A DNA stretch of 64,000 bases from an uncultured Chloroflexia bacterium (GTDB taxonomy: Bacteria; Chloroflexota; Limnocylindria; QHBO01). The translations under genes were made by a program, and so were the position numbers. Where the stretch lies: positions 20,690 to 84,689 of the forward strand of contig CAVXEH010000017.1 of NCBI GenBank assembly GCA_963760875.1, read 5' to 3'. Below are positions 50,516 to 60,185 of the stretch, piece by piece (the first letter of the stretch is position 1; the number at the start of each line of letters is the position of its first letter). Under the pieces are notes generated by a model. It saw only the letters and a program-made list of their open reading frames with translations. It searched no databases and was not told where the DNA came from.

Positions 50516-51481
50516 GTGCGGTCCATGGGAGAAGGGCACCTGCCGGTCCTCGTCGAGGAGGTTCTCGCCCTGCTCGACGTCGGGACGGGTAGCTCCGTGG
50601 CCGACGGCACGGTCGGAGGCGGTGGGCACGCCGAGCGGCTTCTGGAGGCGACGTCACCGGATGGTCGCCTGCTCGGCCTCGATGCCGATCGGGCGGCCAT
50701 CGCGGAGGCGTCACGTCACCTGGCGCGGTTCGGCGACCGCGTCGAGCTGCGCCAGGCCAACTTCTCATCCCTCCTCGACGTCGCGACCGCCGCGGGGTTC
50801 ATCCCGCTGGACGCGGTCCTCTTCGACCTGGGCCTCTCCAGCTACCAGCTCGCCGATCCGTCGCGCGGCTTCAGCTTCGCGAGCGACTCGGCGCCGGACA
50901 TGAGATTCGATGAACAAACCGGTCTCTCCGCCCTCGATCTCATCGACGCGACCTCCGAGCGAGAGCTCGCCGGCATCCTCGCGACGTTTGGTGAGGAACG
51001 CCGTGCAGGCCGCATCGCGAAGGCGATCCTGGCGGCGCGTCAGGAAGGTCGCCTCGTGAGCGCGGCGGATCTCGCGGGGGTCGTCGCGGCCGCATCGGGC
51101 CCCAGGGGGGCTGCCGGCCGGCGCCGCATCCATCCGGCCACCCGCACGTTCCAGGCCCTGCGCATCGCGGTCAACCGCGAGCTGGAGGTCCTGGGGGCCG
51201 GGCTGGCCGGCGCGCTCGCCGCGCTGCGGCCCGGCGGCCGCCTGGCGGTCATCAGCTACCACTCCGGCGAGGATCGGATCGTCAAGCGCTTCATCGCGCG
51301 CGAGAGCCGGGACTGCATCGAGGACCCATTGCCGCCGGTCTGCACCTGCGGACACCGGGCGCAGCTGCACCCGATCACAAAGGGCGCCGTGACGCCGACC
51401 GACGCGGAGGTCGGCCGCAACCACCGGGCCCGCAGCGCACGGCTGCGGGTCGCGGAGAAGCTCGTTCCCGCGGGCGCGTGA
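50516..51481 (+). CDS. rsmH: 16S rRNA m4C1402 methyltransferase
   Basis: HLPVL, DGTVGGGGHA, DLGLSSYQ, HPATRTFQALRIAVNREL; start may be 50525. Confidence 0.95.
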   Translation: MRSMGEGHLPVLVEEVLALLDVGTGSSVADGTVGGGGHAERLLEATSPDGRLLGLDADRAAIAEASRHLARFGDRVELRQANFSSLLDVATAAGFIPLDAVLFDLGLSSYQLADPSRGFSFASDSAPDMRFDEQTGLSALDLIDATSERELAGILATFGEERRAGRIAKAILAARQEGRLVSAADLAGVVAAASGPRGAAGRRRIHPATRTFQALRIAVNRELEVLGAGLAGALAALRPGGRLAVISYHSGEDRIVKRFIARESRDCIEDPLPPVCTCGHRAQLHPITKGAVTPTDAEVGRNHRARSARLRVAEKLVPAGA

Positions 51482-51492
51482 GAGGAGGCACC

Positions 51493-51702
51493 ATGAGCAG
51501 AGGACGACCCCGACACCAGACAAGCCGCCGGCGCACGTACAGCGCGCGGCAGCGGGAGCTCCGCGACCGACGCACGCGGGCCATCGTCGAAGACAGGCGC
51601 TGGCTCGAGGAGAGCGTCGCATTCGAGATCGAGGAGGGACTCGACTTCGAGTCGCCGACCTCGTGGAGCGTTCGCCTCGGCGACCGCTCGTCGGCCGCCT
51701 AG
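51493..51702 (+). CDS. Small hypothetical protein, basic N-terminus and acidic C-terminus
   Basis: AGAGGAGG RBS before ATG 51493; fills the rsmH-ftsL gap. Confidence 0.65.
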   Translation: MSRGRPRHQTSRRRTYSARQRELRDRRTRAIVEDRRWLEESVAFEIEEGLDFESPTSWSVRLGDRSSAA

Positions 51703-51706
51703 CCTC

Positions 51707-52144
51707 ATGGCGGTCATCGGCGCACGTCCTGCCACAGGGCTCGGCGGTCTCGGCCGCCGCGCGCGGCAGCGGCCGGTTCCCGGCCCGCAGCGCCAGCGCG
51801 TGCGTCACGCCGGTGCGCTGCGGCAGCAGCGACAGGCCAGCGTCGCCGGGCTGCTGGCCACCATTGCGGCTGCTGCAGGCCTTGCGTTCTTCTACCTGTC
51901 GCAATCGAGCCACGTGGCCGCCGTCGGCTACCAGATCGACGGCCTGCAGGCGCGGATCGCCGCCCTGCGGGCCGAGCAGCAGCAGCTCGTCCTGCAGATC
52001 GGCACGGCACGGGCCCCGTCGCAGGTGCTCGACAAGGCCGGCACCGACCTGCAGCTGGTGCCGATCCCGCAGTCGGCCGTGACCTTCGCAACACCCAGCA
52101 GCGGCGCGGAAAGCGCCAGTCCATCGCCAGACACCGCCCGTTGA
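51707..52144 (+). CDS. ftsL: FtsL-like cell division protein
   Basis: Single TM followed by a coiled coil (GYQIDGLQARIAALRAEQQQL); canonical position. Confidence 0.75.
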   Translation: MAVIGARPATGLGGLGRRARQRPVPGPQRQRVRHAGALRQQRQASVAGLLATIAAAAGLAFFYLSQSSHVAAVGYQIDGLQARIAALRAEQQQLVLQIGTARAPSQVLDKAGTDLQLVPIPQSAVTFATPSSGAESASPSPDTAR

Positions 52145-52157
52145 GCCGGGCGTCCGG

Positions 52158-53972
52158 ATGGGACGCCCGATGGAGTCGCGCATGCTCGCCAGGACCGATA
52201 GCCGGGGTCGTGCCCTCTTCCTGCTGGTGGTGATGGCGCTGGTCGCCACCGTCATCGGTGGACGGCTCGCTTGGTGGCACGTCGCCCAGCACGACTGGCT
52301 GACCACGATGGCCGCGAACCAGCTCGCCCAGCGCGAGGAGATCCCCGCTGAGCGCGGCGAGATCCGCGATGCCCACGGCGTGCTGCTGGCGACATCGGTC
52401 CAGGTCTTCTCCGTCTACGCCACGCCGCCGCAGGTGACCGATCCGGAGTCCGAGGCCGCGATCCTGTCGAACGTCCTGTCGGTCACGGACAGCAACCTGC
52501 TCGACCTGTTCCACAGCGGCAAGTCATGGGTCTGGCTGCAGCGACGCGTGGACACGAGCGTCTCCGATCGCGTCCGCGCGCTCGGCCTGGCGGGCATCGG
52601 CCTTCTGCCGGAGACGCGGCGGGTCTATCCCACCGCCGGGGCGGCGCCCGACACGACCCTGGCCGCGCAGCTGCTGGGGTATGTCAACCTCGATGGCACC
52701 GGGCAGTACGGCGTCGAGGGCGAGGAGAACTCGTTGCTGGCAGGTTCGCCGGGAGCCGTCATCGCCCAGGAGGACGTTGCCGGCCGTCAGATCGCCGACT
52801 CGATCACCTCGGCACGGGCACCCGTCAACGGGGCAAACCTGCGGCTCACGATCGACGCCGGACTTCAGCACATCCTCGAGGACCGCCTGTACCAGAGCTA
52901 CGCGAAGAACCTGGCGCACGGCGCGACGGGAATCATCATGGACGTGCACAGCGGTGCGATCCTGGCCATGGCCAGCTTCCCGACCTTTGATGGGAACACC
53001 TACAGCAGCGCCGATCCGACCCTCTTCGACAACCCGGCCATCGCCCACCCCTACGAGCCTGGCTCGGTGATGAAGGCGTTCACCATCTCCGCTGCGCTGG
53101 ACGCGGGCGCCATCACCACCCAGACCAAGGTCCTGGACAACAACAACCTGCGGCTCCGCGGGGTGCGGATCCAGAACGCGGACCGCTACGACTGGCCATA
53201 CGGCCATGGCGAGATCACGCCCCAGCAGGTCCTCCAGCTGTCGAACAACAACGGGGCCGCGCGCATCGGCCTCAAGCTGGGCGGGGAGAAGCTCTACCAG
53301 GCGTTCCGGCGCTTCGGCTTTGGCCAGCCCACCGGCATCGACCTCACCGGAGAGGTGGGCGGCACCGTCTGGGATCCGGCCAGCCCCAACGCGTCGGGTG
53401 ACCTCACGACCGCCCAGAACGCCTTCGGCCAGGGACTCACCGTGACCGCCATGCAGCTCGTGGCCGGCTATGCGGCCATCGCCAACGGCGGCGTGATGGT
53501 CACCCCGCACGTGATCGCGGGGTGGACCGACGCGGGTGGCGCATACCACCCCACCGACCTGCCCGAGGGGGAGCGGATCACGAAGGCCTCCACGGCGCAG
53601 ACCGTGGTCCAGCTCCTCACCGGAGCCATTGACGGCGGCATCGCGCACGCCGCCAGCGTCCCGGGCTATGCCATCGCGGGCAAGACCGGGACCGCGCAGA
53701 TTGCCGGGCCCGTGAAGGTGCGCGACGCAAGCGGCAAGCTCGTGACGCGCAACGAGTACATCGAGGGCTGGATCGACTCGTCGTTCATCGGCGTCTACCC
53801 CGCCACGAACCCACAGCTCGTGACGCTGATCCTGCTGCACCGGCCCTCCACCTGGGGCCGGTACCAGATGGTCGAGCGGCCCGAAACCGTGTTCCACGAC
53901 CTGGCCCCGCAGATCCTGGACTACCTGGCCATTCCGCCCGACCGGCCGACGTCCCCGGTCGCCGCCAGGTGA
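52158..53972 (+). CDS. ftsI: Class B penicillin-binding protein
   Basis: RGEIRD, GQYGVE, YEPGSVMK (SxxK), SNN, GKTGTAQ. Confidence 0.92.
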   Translation: MGRPMESRMLARTDSRGRALFLLVVMALVATVIGGRLAWWHVAQHDWLTTMAANQLAQREEIPAERGEIRDAHGVLLATSVQVFSVYATPPQVTDPESEAAILSNVLSVTDSNLLDLFHSGKSWVWLQRRVDTSVSDRVRALGLAGIGLLPETRRVYPTAGAAPDTTLAAQLLGYVNLDGTGQYGVEGEENSLLAGSPGAVIAQEDVAGRQIADSITSARAPVNGANLRLTIDAGLQHILEDRLYQSYAKNLAHGATGIIMDVHSGAILAMASFPTFDGNTYSSADPTLFDNPAIAHPYEPGSVMKAFTISAALDAGAITTQTKVLDNNNLRLRGVRIQNADRYDWPYGHGEITPQQVLQLSNNNGAARIGLKLGGEKLYQAFRRFGFGQPTGIDLTGEVGGTVWDPASPNASGDLTTAQNAFGQGLTVTAMQLVAGYAAIANGGVMVTPHVIAGWTDAGGAYHPTDLPEGERITKASTAQTVVQLLTGAIDGGIAHAASVPGYAIAGKTGTAQIAGPVKVRDASGKLVTRNEYIEGWIDSSFIGVYPATNPQLVTLILLHRPSTWGRYQMVERPETVFHDLAPQILDYLAIPPDRPTSPVAAR

Positions 53973-54052
53973 GCGGGCAGGCCGGTCCCGGCGCTGCCGC
54001 TCGGCCCGGGAGGAGGCTGATAGACTCCCCGGGAATCTCCGCAGGGTGTCGC

Positions 54053-55453
54053 GTGCCTCCGTCGATTCGTCTCGAAGACCTCCTCTCCGTCACCGGCGGC
54101 CGCCTCGTCGCCCCAACGCGGATCGAGGTGTTCGCCGGCGCCGGGGTGGACTCGCGGACGATCGCTCCGGGGGCCCTCTTCGTCGCCCTCGCCGGCGAGC
54201 GCGTGGACGGTCATCGCTTCGTCGCCGACGCCATCGAGGCCGGTGCGGCGGTCGCGCTGGTCTCTGCCCCGGTCGCGCCGCCTCCCGGGACGGACGTCGC
54301 GCTGGTCCGGGTGCCGGATACGCTTCACGCCTTCCAGGAACTGGCGGCGTGGTGGCGATCTCGCTCCGCCGTGCGAATCGTCGGCGTCACCGGCTCCACC
54401 GGGAAGACGCTCGCCAAGGAGACCATCGCCGACGTGCTGTTGCGGGGCCACCGGGTGCTGCGCAACGAGGGCAACCTGAACTCCGAGACGGGCCTGCCCA
54501 TGACGCTCCTGCGCCTGGAGCCGGAAGATGAGCTGGCGGTCCTCGAGATGAGCATGTACACGGTCGGCGAGATCGCGCGCCTGGCGGAGATCGCGCGACC
54601 GGAGGTGGGCGTCGTCCTGGCCGTGCACCCCACCCATCTCCAGCGGACGGGGAGCATCGAGCGGATCGCGCTGGCCAAGTCCGAGCTGCCGCGGGCGCTG
54701 CCTGCCGACGGGCTCGCGGTCCTCAACGCGGACGATCCGCGCGTGGCGGCGATGCGCGAGGTCACCCCGGCCCGGGTGCGCACCTTCGGGGTGGCGGCGC
54801 CGGCCGACGTGACGGCCACCGACATCGTGAGCCATGGGGTCCACGGAACCGAGTTCGTGCTGCGTTCGCCGTGGGGCGAGCGCCGCGTGCGGAGCGGGAC
54901 GCCCGGACGCCACCTGGTGCCGCACGCCCTGGCCGCCGCCATCGTCGCCGAGCATTTCGCGCTGCCCCTTGACGAGGTGGCCGCCGCGCTTGCCGCCGGG
55001 AGCCACGCGGAGCACCGCATGGCGGTGGGTGAGACCGGGAGCGGCGCGACGCTCATCGACGACACCTACAACGCCTCACCCGTCAGCGTGCGTGCCGCCC
55101 TCGCCTTCCTGGCCGAGACGCCGGTGCGCGGAGGCCGCCGGCTTGCGGTCCTGGGCGACATGCTCGAGCTGGGTCACGACGAGGAACGCCTGCACCGCGA
55201 GATCGGCGCGCAGGCGGCGTCCGCCGTGGATGCCCTCGTGGCGGTGGGACCCCGTGGCCGCTGGATGGCCGATGCCGCGCGGGCAGCCGGCCTGGCGACC
55301 GTCCTCACCGCGGACGACGCCGACGAGGCGGCCGTCCTGGTGGAGCGAGACCTGGCGCCGGGTCCCGCCGACGTCCTGCTGGTGAAGGGCTCCCGCGGCG
55401 TCGAGCTGGACCGGCTGGTGGACGCCGTCGCTGCCCACGGAGCGGAGCGCTGA
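54053..55453 (+). CDS. murF: UDP-MurNAc-tripeptide:D-Ala-D-Ala ligase
   Basis: DSR, DGHRF, TGSTGKT, DDTYNASP, LGDMLELG, KGSRG; start uncertain. Confidence 0.92.
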   Translation: MPPSIRLEDLLSVTGGRLVAPTRIEVFAGAGVDSRTIAPGALFVALAGERVDGHRFVADAIEAGAAVALVSAPVAPPPGTDVALVRVPDTLHAFQELAAWWRSRSAVRIVGVTGSTGKTLAKETIADVLLRGHRVLRNEGNLNSETGLPMTLLRLEPEDELAVLEMSMYTVGEIARLAEIARPEVGVVLAVHPTHLQRTGSIERIALAKSELPRALPADGLAVLNADDPRVAAMREVTPARVRTFGVAAPADVTATDIVSHGVHGTEFVLRSPWGERRVRSGTPGRHLVPHALAAAIVAEHFALPLDEVAAALAAGSHAEHRMAVGETGSGATLIDDTYNASPVSVRAALAFLAETPVRGGRRLAVLGDMLELGHDEERLHREIGAQAASAVDALVAVGPRGRWMADAARAAGLATVLTADDADEAAVLVERDLAPGPADVLLVKGSRGVELDRLVDAVAAHGAER

Positions 55454-56433
55454 TGCTGGCCATCGTCGTTGCCCTGCTCCTGGCGTTCGGTGGCGTGGTG
55501 GCGCTGGCCCCGGTCTACATCGGCCTCCTGCAGCGTCTCGGGTTCGGCAAGCAGATCCGGGTCGACGGCCCGCAGGGACACTTCTCCAAGGCCGGCACGC
55601 CGACCATGGGCGGGATGCTGGTGGTCGTGGTGGTCATGTTCCTGGCCATGGCCATGCGCATCGAGGACGTCAGCACCCTGACCCCCATGCTGACCCTGGT
55701 CGGGGTGGGGATCCTGGGCGCCGTCGACGACTATGTGAACGCCCAGACCGGCATCGGCATGCGCGGACGCTACAAGCTCATCTGGCAGACGGTGGTGGCG
55801 CTCCTCGCAGCGTGGTACATCCAGCGTCACTTCTCCATCAACGAGATCAGCGTGCCGCTGGTGGGCGACGTGGGGATCCTGCCCATCCTCTTCATCCTGT
55901 TCGTCGCCTTCGTCATCGTCGCCATGAGCAACGGGGTGAACCTGACGGACGGCCTGGACGGGCTCGCGGGCGGTGTCCTCATCTTCAGCTTCGTCGCGTA
56001 CCTGCTCATCGCGCTCGTGGCGGTGCCGGCGGGGGACGAGAGCCCACCCAACCTGGCCGTCTTCTGTGCCCTCATCGTCGGCGCCCTCATGGGCTTCCTG
56101 TGGTTCAACGTCCATCCGGCGCAGCTGTTCATGGGCGACTCCGGGGCCCTGGGGCTGGGCGCCACGCTGGCGGTGGTGGCAACCCTCACCACCCAGCTGC
56201 TGCTGCTGGCCGTCATCGGCGTCGTCTTCCTGGCGGTCACCCTTTCGGTGGTCCTGCAGGTCGCCTCGTTCAAGCTCCGTGGTCGGCGAATCTTCCGCAT
56301 GGCTCCGCTCCAGCACCATTTCGAGCTGCTCGGCTGGGCGGAGGAGAAGATCACGGTCCGCTTCTGGATCGTGTCGGCCCTGGCCGGGCTCCTGGGCTTC
56401 AGCCTCTTCCTGGCAACCGTGAACGGGCTGTAG
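55453..56433 (+). CDS. mraY: Phospho-MurNAc-pentapeptide transferase
   Basis: KAGTPTMGG, DD, NLTDGLDGLA, FMGDSG, MAPLQHHFE. Confidence 0.97.
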   Translation: MLAIVVALLLAFGGVVALAPVYIGLLQRLGFGKQIRVDGPQGHFSKAGTPTMGGMLVVVVVMFLAMAMRIEDVSTLTPMLTLVGVGILGAVDDYVNAQTGIGMRGRYKLIWQTVVALLAAWYIQRHFSINEISVPLVGDVGILPILFILFVAFVIVAMSNGVNLTDGLDGLAGGVLIFSFVAYLLIALVAVPAGDESPPNLAVFCALIVGALMGFLWFNVHPAQLFMGDSGALGLGATLAVVATLTTQLLLLAVIGVVFLAVTLSVVLQVASFKLRGRRIFRMAPLQHHFELLGWAEEKITVRFWIVSALAGLLGFSLFLATVNGL

Positions 56434-56441
56434 GTGGGCCG

Positions 56442-57893
56442 ATGATGACCGTCGAGCGCCCGATTCGAACCCGTGCCGACCTGCAGGGGCGGCGCGCGCT
56501 GGTCCTGGGTCTGGCGCGCTCCGGCGTGGCTGCGGCGCGCTATCTCGCCGATGCCGGCGCGGTGGTCACCGTCTACGACCGGCGTCCGCGGGCCGAGCTT
56601 GGCGACGCCGTGGCCGGGCTCGCGGGCCGGGACGTGCGGCTGGCCCTGGGGGCGTCGACCGACGAGGCCGTGGCGCTCGTTCGAGACGCCGGGCTGCTGG
56701 TGACCAGCCCGTCAATCTCGCCCCGCTTCCCCACGACCGACGCCTGGCTCCGCGATGTCCTCGCCGGCGCGGAGTCGCGTGGCGTCGAGCTGGTGAGCGA
56801 GGTGGAGCTCTTCCTGCGACTCACCGTCGCGCGGGTCATGGCCGTGACCGGCACCAAGGGCAAGACCACCACCACCGCCCTGCTGGGGGCGATGCTCGAG
56901 GCCGGGGGCGTGGCGCACGAGGTGGGCGGCAACATCGGCCGGCCCCTGATCGAGGTGGCCGACGTGCTGCCCCGTGCGGCATGGGCGGTCCTCGAGCTGT
57001 CCGAGCTGCAGCTGCCCACCATCACCCGGGGCGCCGACGTCGCGGTCTACACCAACATCCTGGCCGACCACCTCGACCGGCACGGAACGGTGGAGGCCTA
57101 CCGCGCCGTCAAGGGGCGCCTCGCCGAGCTCACCGTCGCTCGTGGCGGAGACGTCGTCCTCAATGCCGATGATCCGGTATCCGTGGCGCTGGGCGGGCGC
57201 CTGGCGGGCGGCCGGCTGCACTGGTATGGCGCCGGCGCGGCGAACGCCGCACCGCCGCTCGAGGCATCGGAGTCCGAGGGCGACCTGCGCCTGGGCGAGG
57301 TCGCCCTCCTGCCCGTCGCGGACGTGTCCATCCCCGGCGCGCACCTTCGCTCCGACGTCCTGGCCGCGGCGCTGGGCGCGCGGCTGGCGGGAGTCGAGCC
57401 CGCGGCCATCGCCACCGCCATCCGGGGCTTCGCCGGGGTCCCGCACCGGCTGGAGACGCTGGGCTGGCGGGCCGGCGTGCGCTGGGTCAACGACTCGCAG
57501 GCGACCATCCCCCCGGCGGCCATCGCGGCCCTCGATGCCTTCGTTCCCGCCCCGGTGGTGCTCATCGCCGGCGGGAAGGACAAGGACCTCGACTACGGCG
57601 CCTTCGCCGAGCGGATCGTGGCCCGCTGCCGCGAGGTCGTGCTCATCGGAGAGACGGCCGGGACGCTGGCCGGGCTGATCGGCGGGCGCATCGGGGTCCG
57701 GCAGGCCGCCTCCATGGACCAGGCGGTTGCCATGGCTGCCGACCTGGCGCACGAGGGCGACGTGGTGCTCCTGTCGCCGGCCGCCGCGAGCTTCGACATG
57801 TTCACCGACTACGCGGCGCGCGGCGACGCGTTCCGCGCCGCCGCGTCCGCCATCGGCGTCATTCCGGCCGGAGCGCAGGAGCCAGCATCGTGA
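56442..57893 (+). CDS. murD: UDP-MurNAc-L-Ala:D-Glu ligase
   Basis: GLARSG, TGTKGKTTT, GGNIG, DHLDRH, PHRLE, LLSPAAASFDMF. Confidence 0.95.
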   Translation: MMTVERPIRTRADLQGRRALVLGLARSGVAAARYLADAGAVVTVYDRRPRAELGDAVAGLAGRDVRLALGASTDEAVALVRDAGLLVTSPSISPRFPTTDAWLRDVLAGAESRGVELVSEVELFLRLTVARVMAVTGTKGKTTTTALLGAMLEAGGVAHEVGGNIGRPLIEVADVLPRAAWAVLELSELQLPTITRGADVAVYTNILADHLDRHGTVEAYRAVKGRLAELTVARGGDVVLNADDPVSVALGGRLAGGRLHWYGAGAANAAPPLEASESEGDLRLGEVALLPVADVSIPGAHLRSDVLAAALGARLAGVEPAAIATAIRGFAGVPHRLETLGWRAGVRWVNDSQATIPPAAIAALDAFVPAPVVLIAGGKDKDLDYGAFAERIVARCREVVLIGETAGTLAGLIGGRIGVRQAASMDQAVAMAADLAHEGDVVLLSPAAASFDMFTDYAARGDAFRAAASAIGVIPAGAQEPAS

Positions 57894-59158
57894 CCGCCGG
57901 CGCCGTGGCCGCCACCACGTCCCGTCGTCGCCGGGCCAAGGCCGGTGTCCAGCGGGAACGGCACCAGCCCGCCTATCCGCTCCTGGTGGCCGTCATCGGC
58001 CTCGTGGCGGCGGGCGTGGTCATGGTCTACTCGGCCTCATCGGTCCAGGCCTACATCTCGTCCGACGACCCGTCGATGTACGGGGTCCAGCAGCTGATCT
58101 GGGCGGTCCTGGGCATCGCGGCCATGGTCGTCGCCAGCCGGTTGGACTTCCGCTGGCTGCGCTACATGGCCATCCCCGCCTACGTCCTGACCCTGGTCCT
58201 GCTGGTGGCGGTGCTGCTGCCGGGGGTCGGCACCTCGGTGGCAGGCTCCCGGCGCTGGATCGTGCTCCCGGGCGCCGGCGGCTTCCAGCCGGCAGAGCTG
58301 GCCAAGCTGGCGATCGTGCTGTACCTGGCCCACTGGCTCGACCGCCGGGGCACCATGGCCGGCTCGTTCTGGAACGGGCTGGTGCCCTTCACCCTGCTCG
58401 TGACGCCGGCGTTCCTGCTTATCGCCCTGGAGCCGGATCTGGGCACCGCCGGGGTCTTCGTCGTCGCCGCGCTGGCGGTCTTCTTCATGGCCGGCGCCAA
58501 CCTGCTGTACCTGGGGGCCATCGCCTCGGCGGTAGTCGGGGCGGCCGGGCTCATGATTGCCAGCACGCCCTACCAGCTGCAGCGGGTGGAGGGCTTCCTG
58601 GACCCGTTCCGTGACCCACTGCACACCGGCTACAACGCGGTCCAGGCGCTCATGGCGCTCGCCCTGGGCGGGGTGACCGGGCTGGGCCTGGGAGCCAGCC
58701 GCCAGAAGTTCCTCTACCTGCCGGCGCCGTCGACCGACTTCATCTTCGCCATCATCGGCGAGGAGTGGGGCCTGGTCGGGACGCTGGTGGTGGTGGCGCT
58801 CTTCCTGGTCGTGGCCTACCAGGGATACAAGATCGCGATCCACGCCCCGGACACGTTCTCCGGTCTCCTCGCCTGCGGCCTGACCACGTGGCTCGTGGTC
58901 CAGGCCTTCGTCAACATGGCCGTGGTGACGGCGCTGGCGCCGGTCACCGGCATCCCGCTGCCGTTCATCAGCTACGGCGGCTCCGCGCTCACCATCAACC
59001 TCGTGGCGGTCGGGATCTTGCTCTCGATCAGCCGCGAGACCACGCAGTCAGGATCCTTGTTCGATGCGGTGTTCGGTGTCGGGCGGCGGGACAGGCGGGC
59101 ACATCTACCCCGCGCTGGCCGTCGCACGGGCTCTGCGCGACGCGCAGCCCGATCTTGA
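57890..59158 (+). CDS. ftsW: SEDS peptidoglycan glycosyltransferase
   Basis: VYSAS, RRWI, FQPAELAK, EPDLGT, TDFIFAIIGEEWG, GIPLPFISYGGS. Confidence 0.95.
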   Translation: MTAGAVAATTSRRRRAKAGVQRERHQPAYPLLVAVIGLVAAGVVMVYSASSVQAYISSDDPSMYGVQQLIWAVLGIAAMVVASRLDFRWLRYMAIPAYVLTLVLLVAVLLPGVGTSVAGSRRWIVLPGAGGFQPAELAKLAIVLYLAHWLDRRGTMAGSFWNGLVPFTLLVTPAFLLIALEPDLGTAGVFVVAALAVFFMAGANLLYLGAIASAVVGAAGLMIASTPYQLQRVEGFLDPFRDPLHTGYNAVQALMALALGGVTGLGLGASRQKFLYLPAPSTDFIFAIIGEEWGLVGTLVVVALFLVVAYQGYKIAIHAPDTFSGLLACGLTTWLVVQAFVNMAVVTALAPVTGIPLPFISYGGSALTINLVAVGILLSISRETTQSGSLFDAVFGVGRRDRRAHLPRAGRRTGSARRAARS

Positions 59159-60185
59159 GCTGAGCTACATCGGCGGCGTCCGGGGCCTCGAGCGGAGGCT
59201 CGTCGGCGACGCCGGCGTGCTGCCCTACGACCAGCTCGTGGTCCGCTCGCTGCGGACCGCGGCTCGCGACGTGCACCTCGTCCTGGATCCGCTCCGGGTG
59301 GGTGCCAGCGTCCCGCAGGCATGGTTCCTCCTTCGCCGCCTCCGTCCGGCTGCGATCTTCAGCACCGGTGGGTACCTCGCCATGCCGCTGGTGCTCGCGG
59401 CGCGCGCGCGCGGCATCCCGACCCTGGTCTGGGAGGGCAACGTGGTGGCCGGCCGCTCGACCCGCGCCGTCGGCCGGGTGGCGACCCGGGTGGCGGTCTC
59501 CTTTCCTCCGACCCTGGCTGCCTTCCCCGGCCGCTCCTTCGTCTCCGGGACGCCCATTCGTTCCTTCGCGGGGATCGACCGCGAGGCTGCCAGACGGCGG
59601 CTGGGCATTGGCCCCGACGAGCGGCTGCTTCTGGCCTTTGGTGGCTCGCAGGCAGTCGCGAGCATCAACCGGGCCGTCACCGAACGCCTGCCGGACCTCG
59701 TCGCGGACTGGCATGTCGTGCACGTCGCCGGGTCGGCAGGGCTTCCCGAGGCGCAGCGTGCCCACGACGCACTGCCGGCTGCCCTGCGCGACCGCTACCA
59801 GCCGGAGGCGTTCATCGGCGACGGGATGGCGGAGGCGCTGGTCGCATCGGATCTCGTCCTGGGGAGGGCCGGCTCGTCGACCTGTGCCGAGGTGACGGCC
59901 ACGGGCACGGCAGCCATCCTGGTCCCGTACCCGTACGCGGCCTTGCACCAGGCGGCCAACGCGGCCTGGTTGGCGGACCACGGTGCCGCGGTCGTCATCC
60001 AGGACGCATCCCTCACCGCCGAGCGGCTGGTCAGCGCGGCCGGCCGCCTGCGCGACGACGCCGTTCGCGCGTCCATCGCCGATGCCGCCCGCGGTCTGGG
60101 CCGCCCGAATGCCGCGGGCGTCCTGGCCTCCGAGCTGCTGGCCATGGCCAGCGGGGCGCCGCTTCCGTCCGAGGTGGCCGCGTGA
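59064..60185 (+). CDS. murG: Lipid II GlcNAc transferase
   Basis: GGGTGGHIYP, TGGY, GGSQ, RAGSST, HQAANA. Confidence 0.95.
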   Translation: MRCSVSGGGTGGHIYPALAVARALRDAQPDLELSYIGGVRGLERRLVGDAGVLPYDQLVVRSLRTAARDVHLVLDPLRVGASVPQAWFLLRRLRPAAIFSTGGYLAMPLVLAARARGIPTLVWEGNVVAGRSTRAVGRVATRVAVSFPPTLAAFPGRSFVSGTPIRSFAGIDREAARRRLGIGPDERLLLAFGGSQAVASINRAVTERLPDLVADWHVVHVAGSAGLPEAQRAHDALPAALRDRYQPEAFIGDGMAEALVASDLVLGRAGSSTCAEVTATGTAAILVPYPYAALHQAANAAWLADHGAAVVIQDASLTAERLVSAAGRLRDDAVRASIADAARGLGRPNAAGVLASELLAMASGAPLPSEVAA

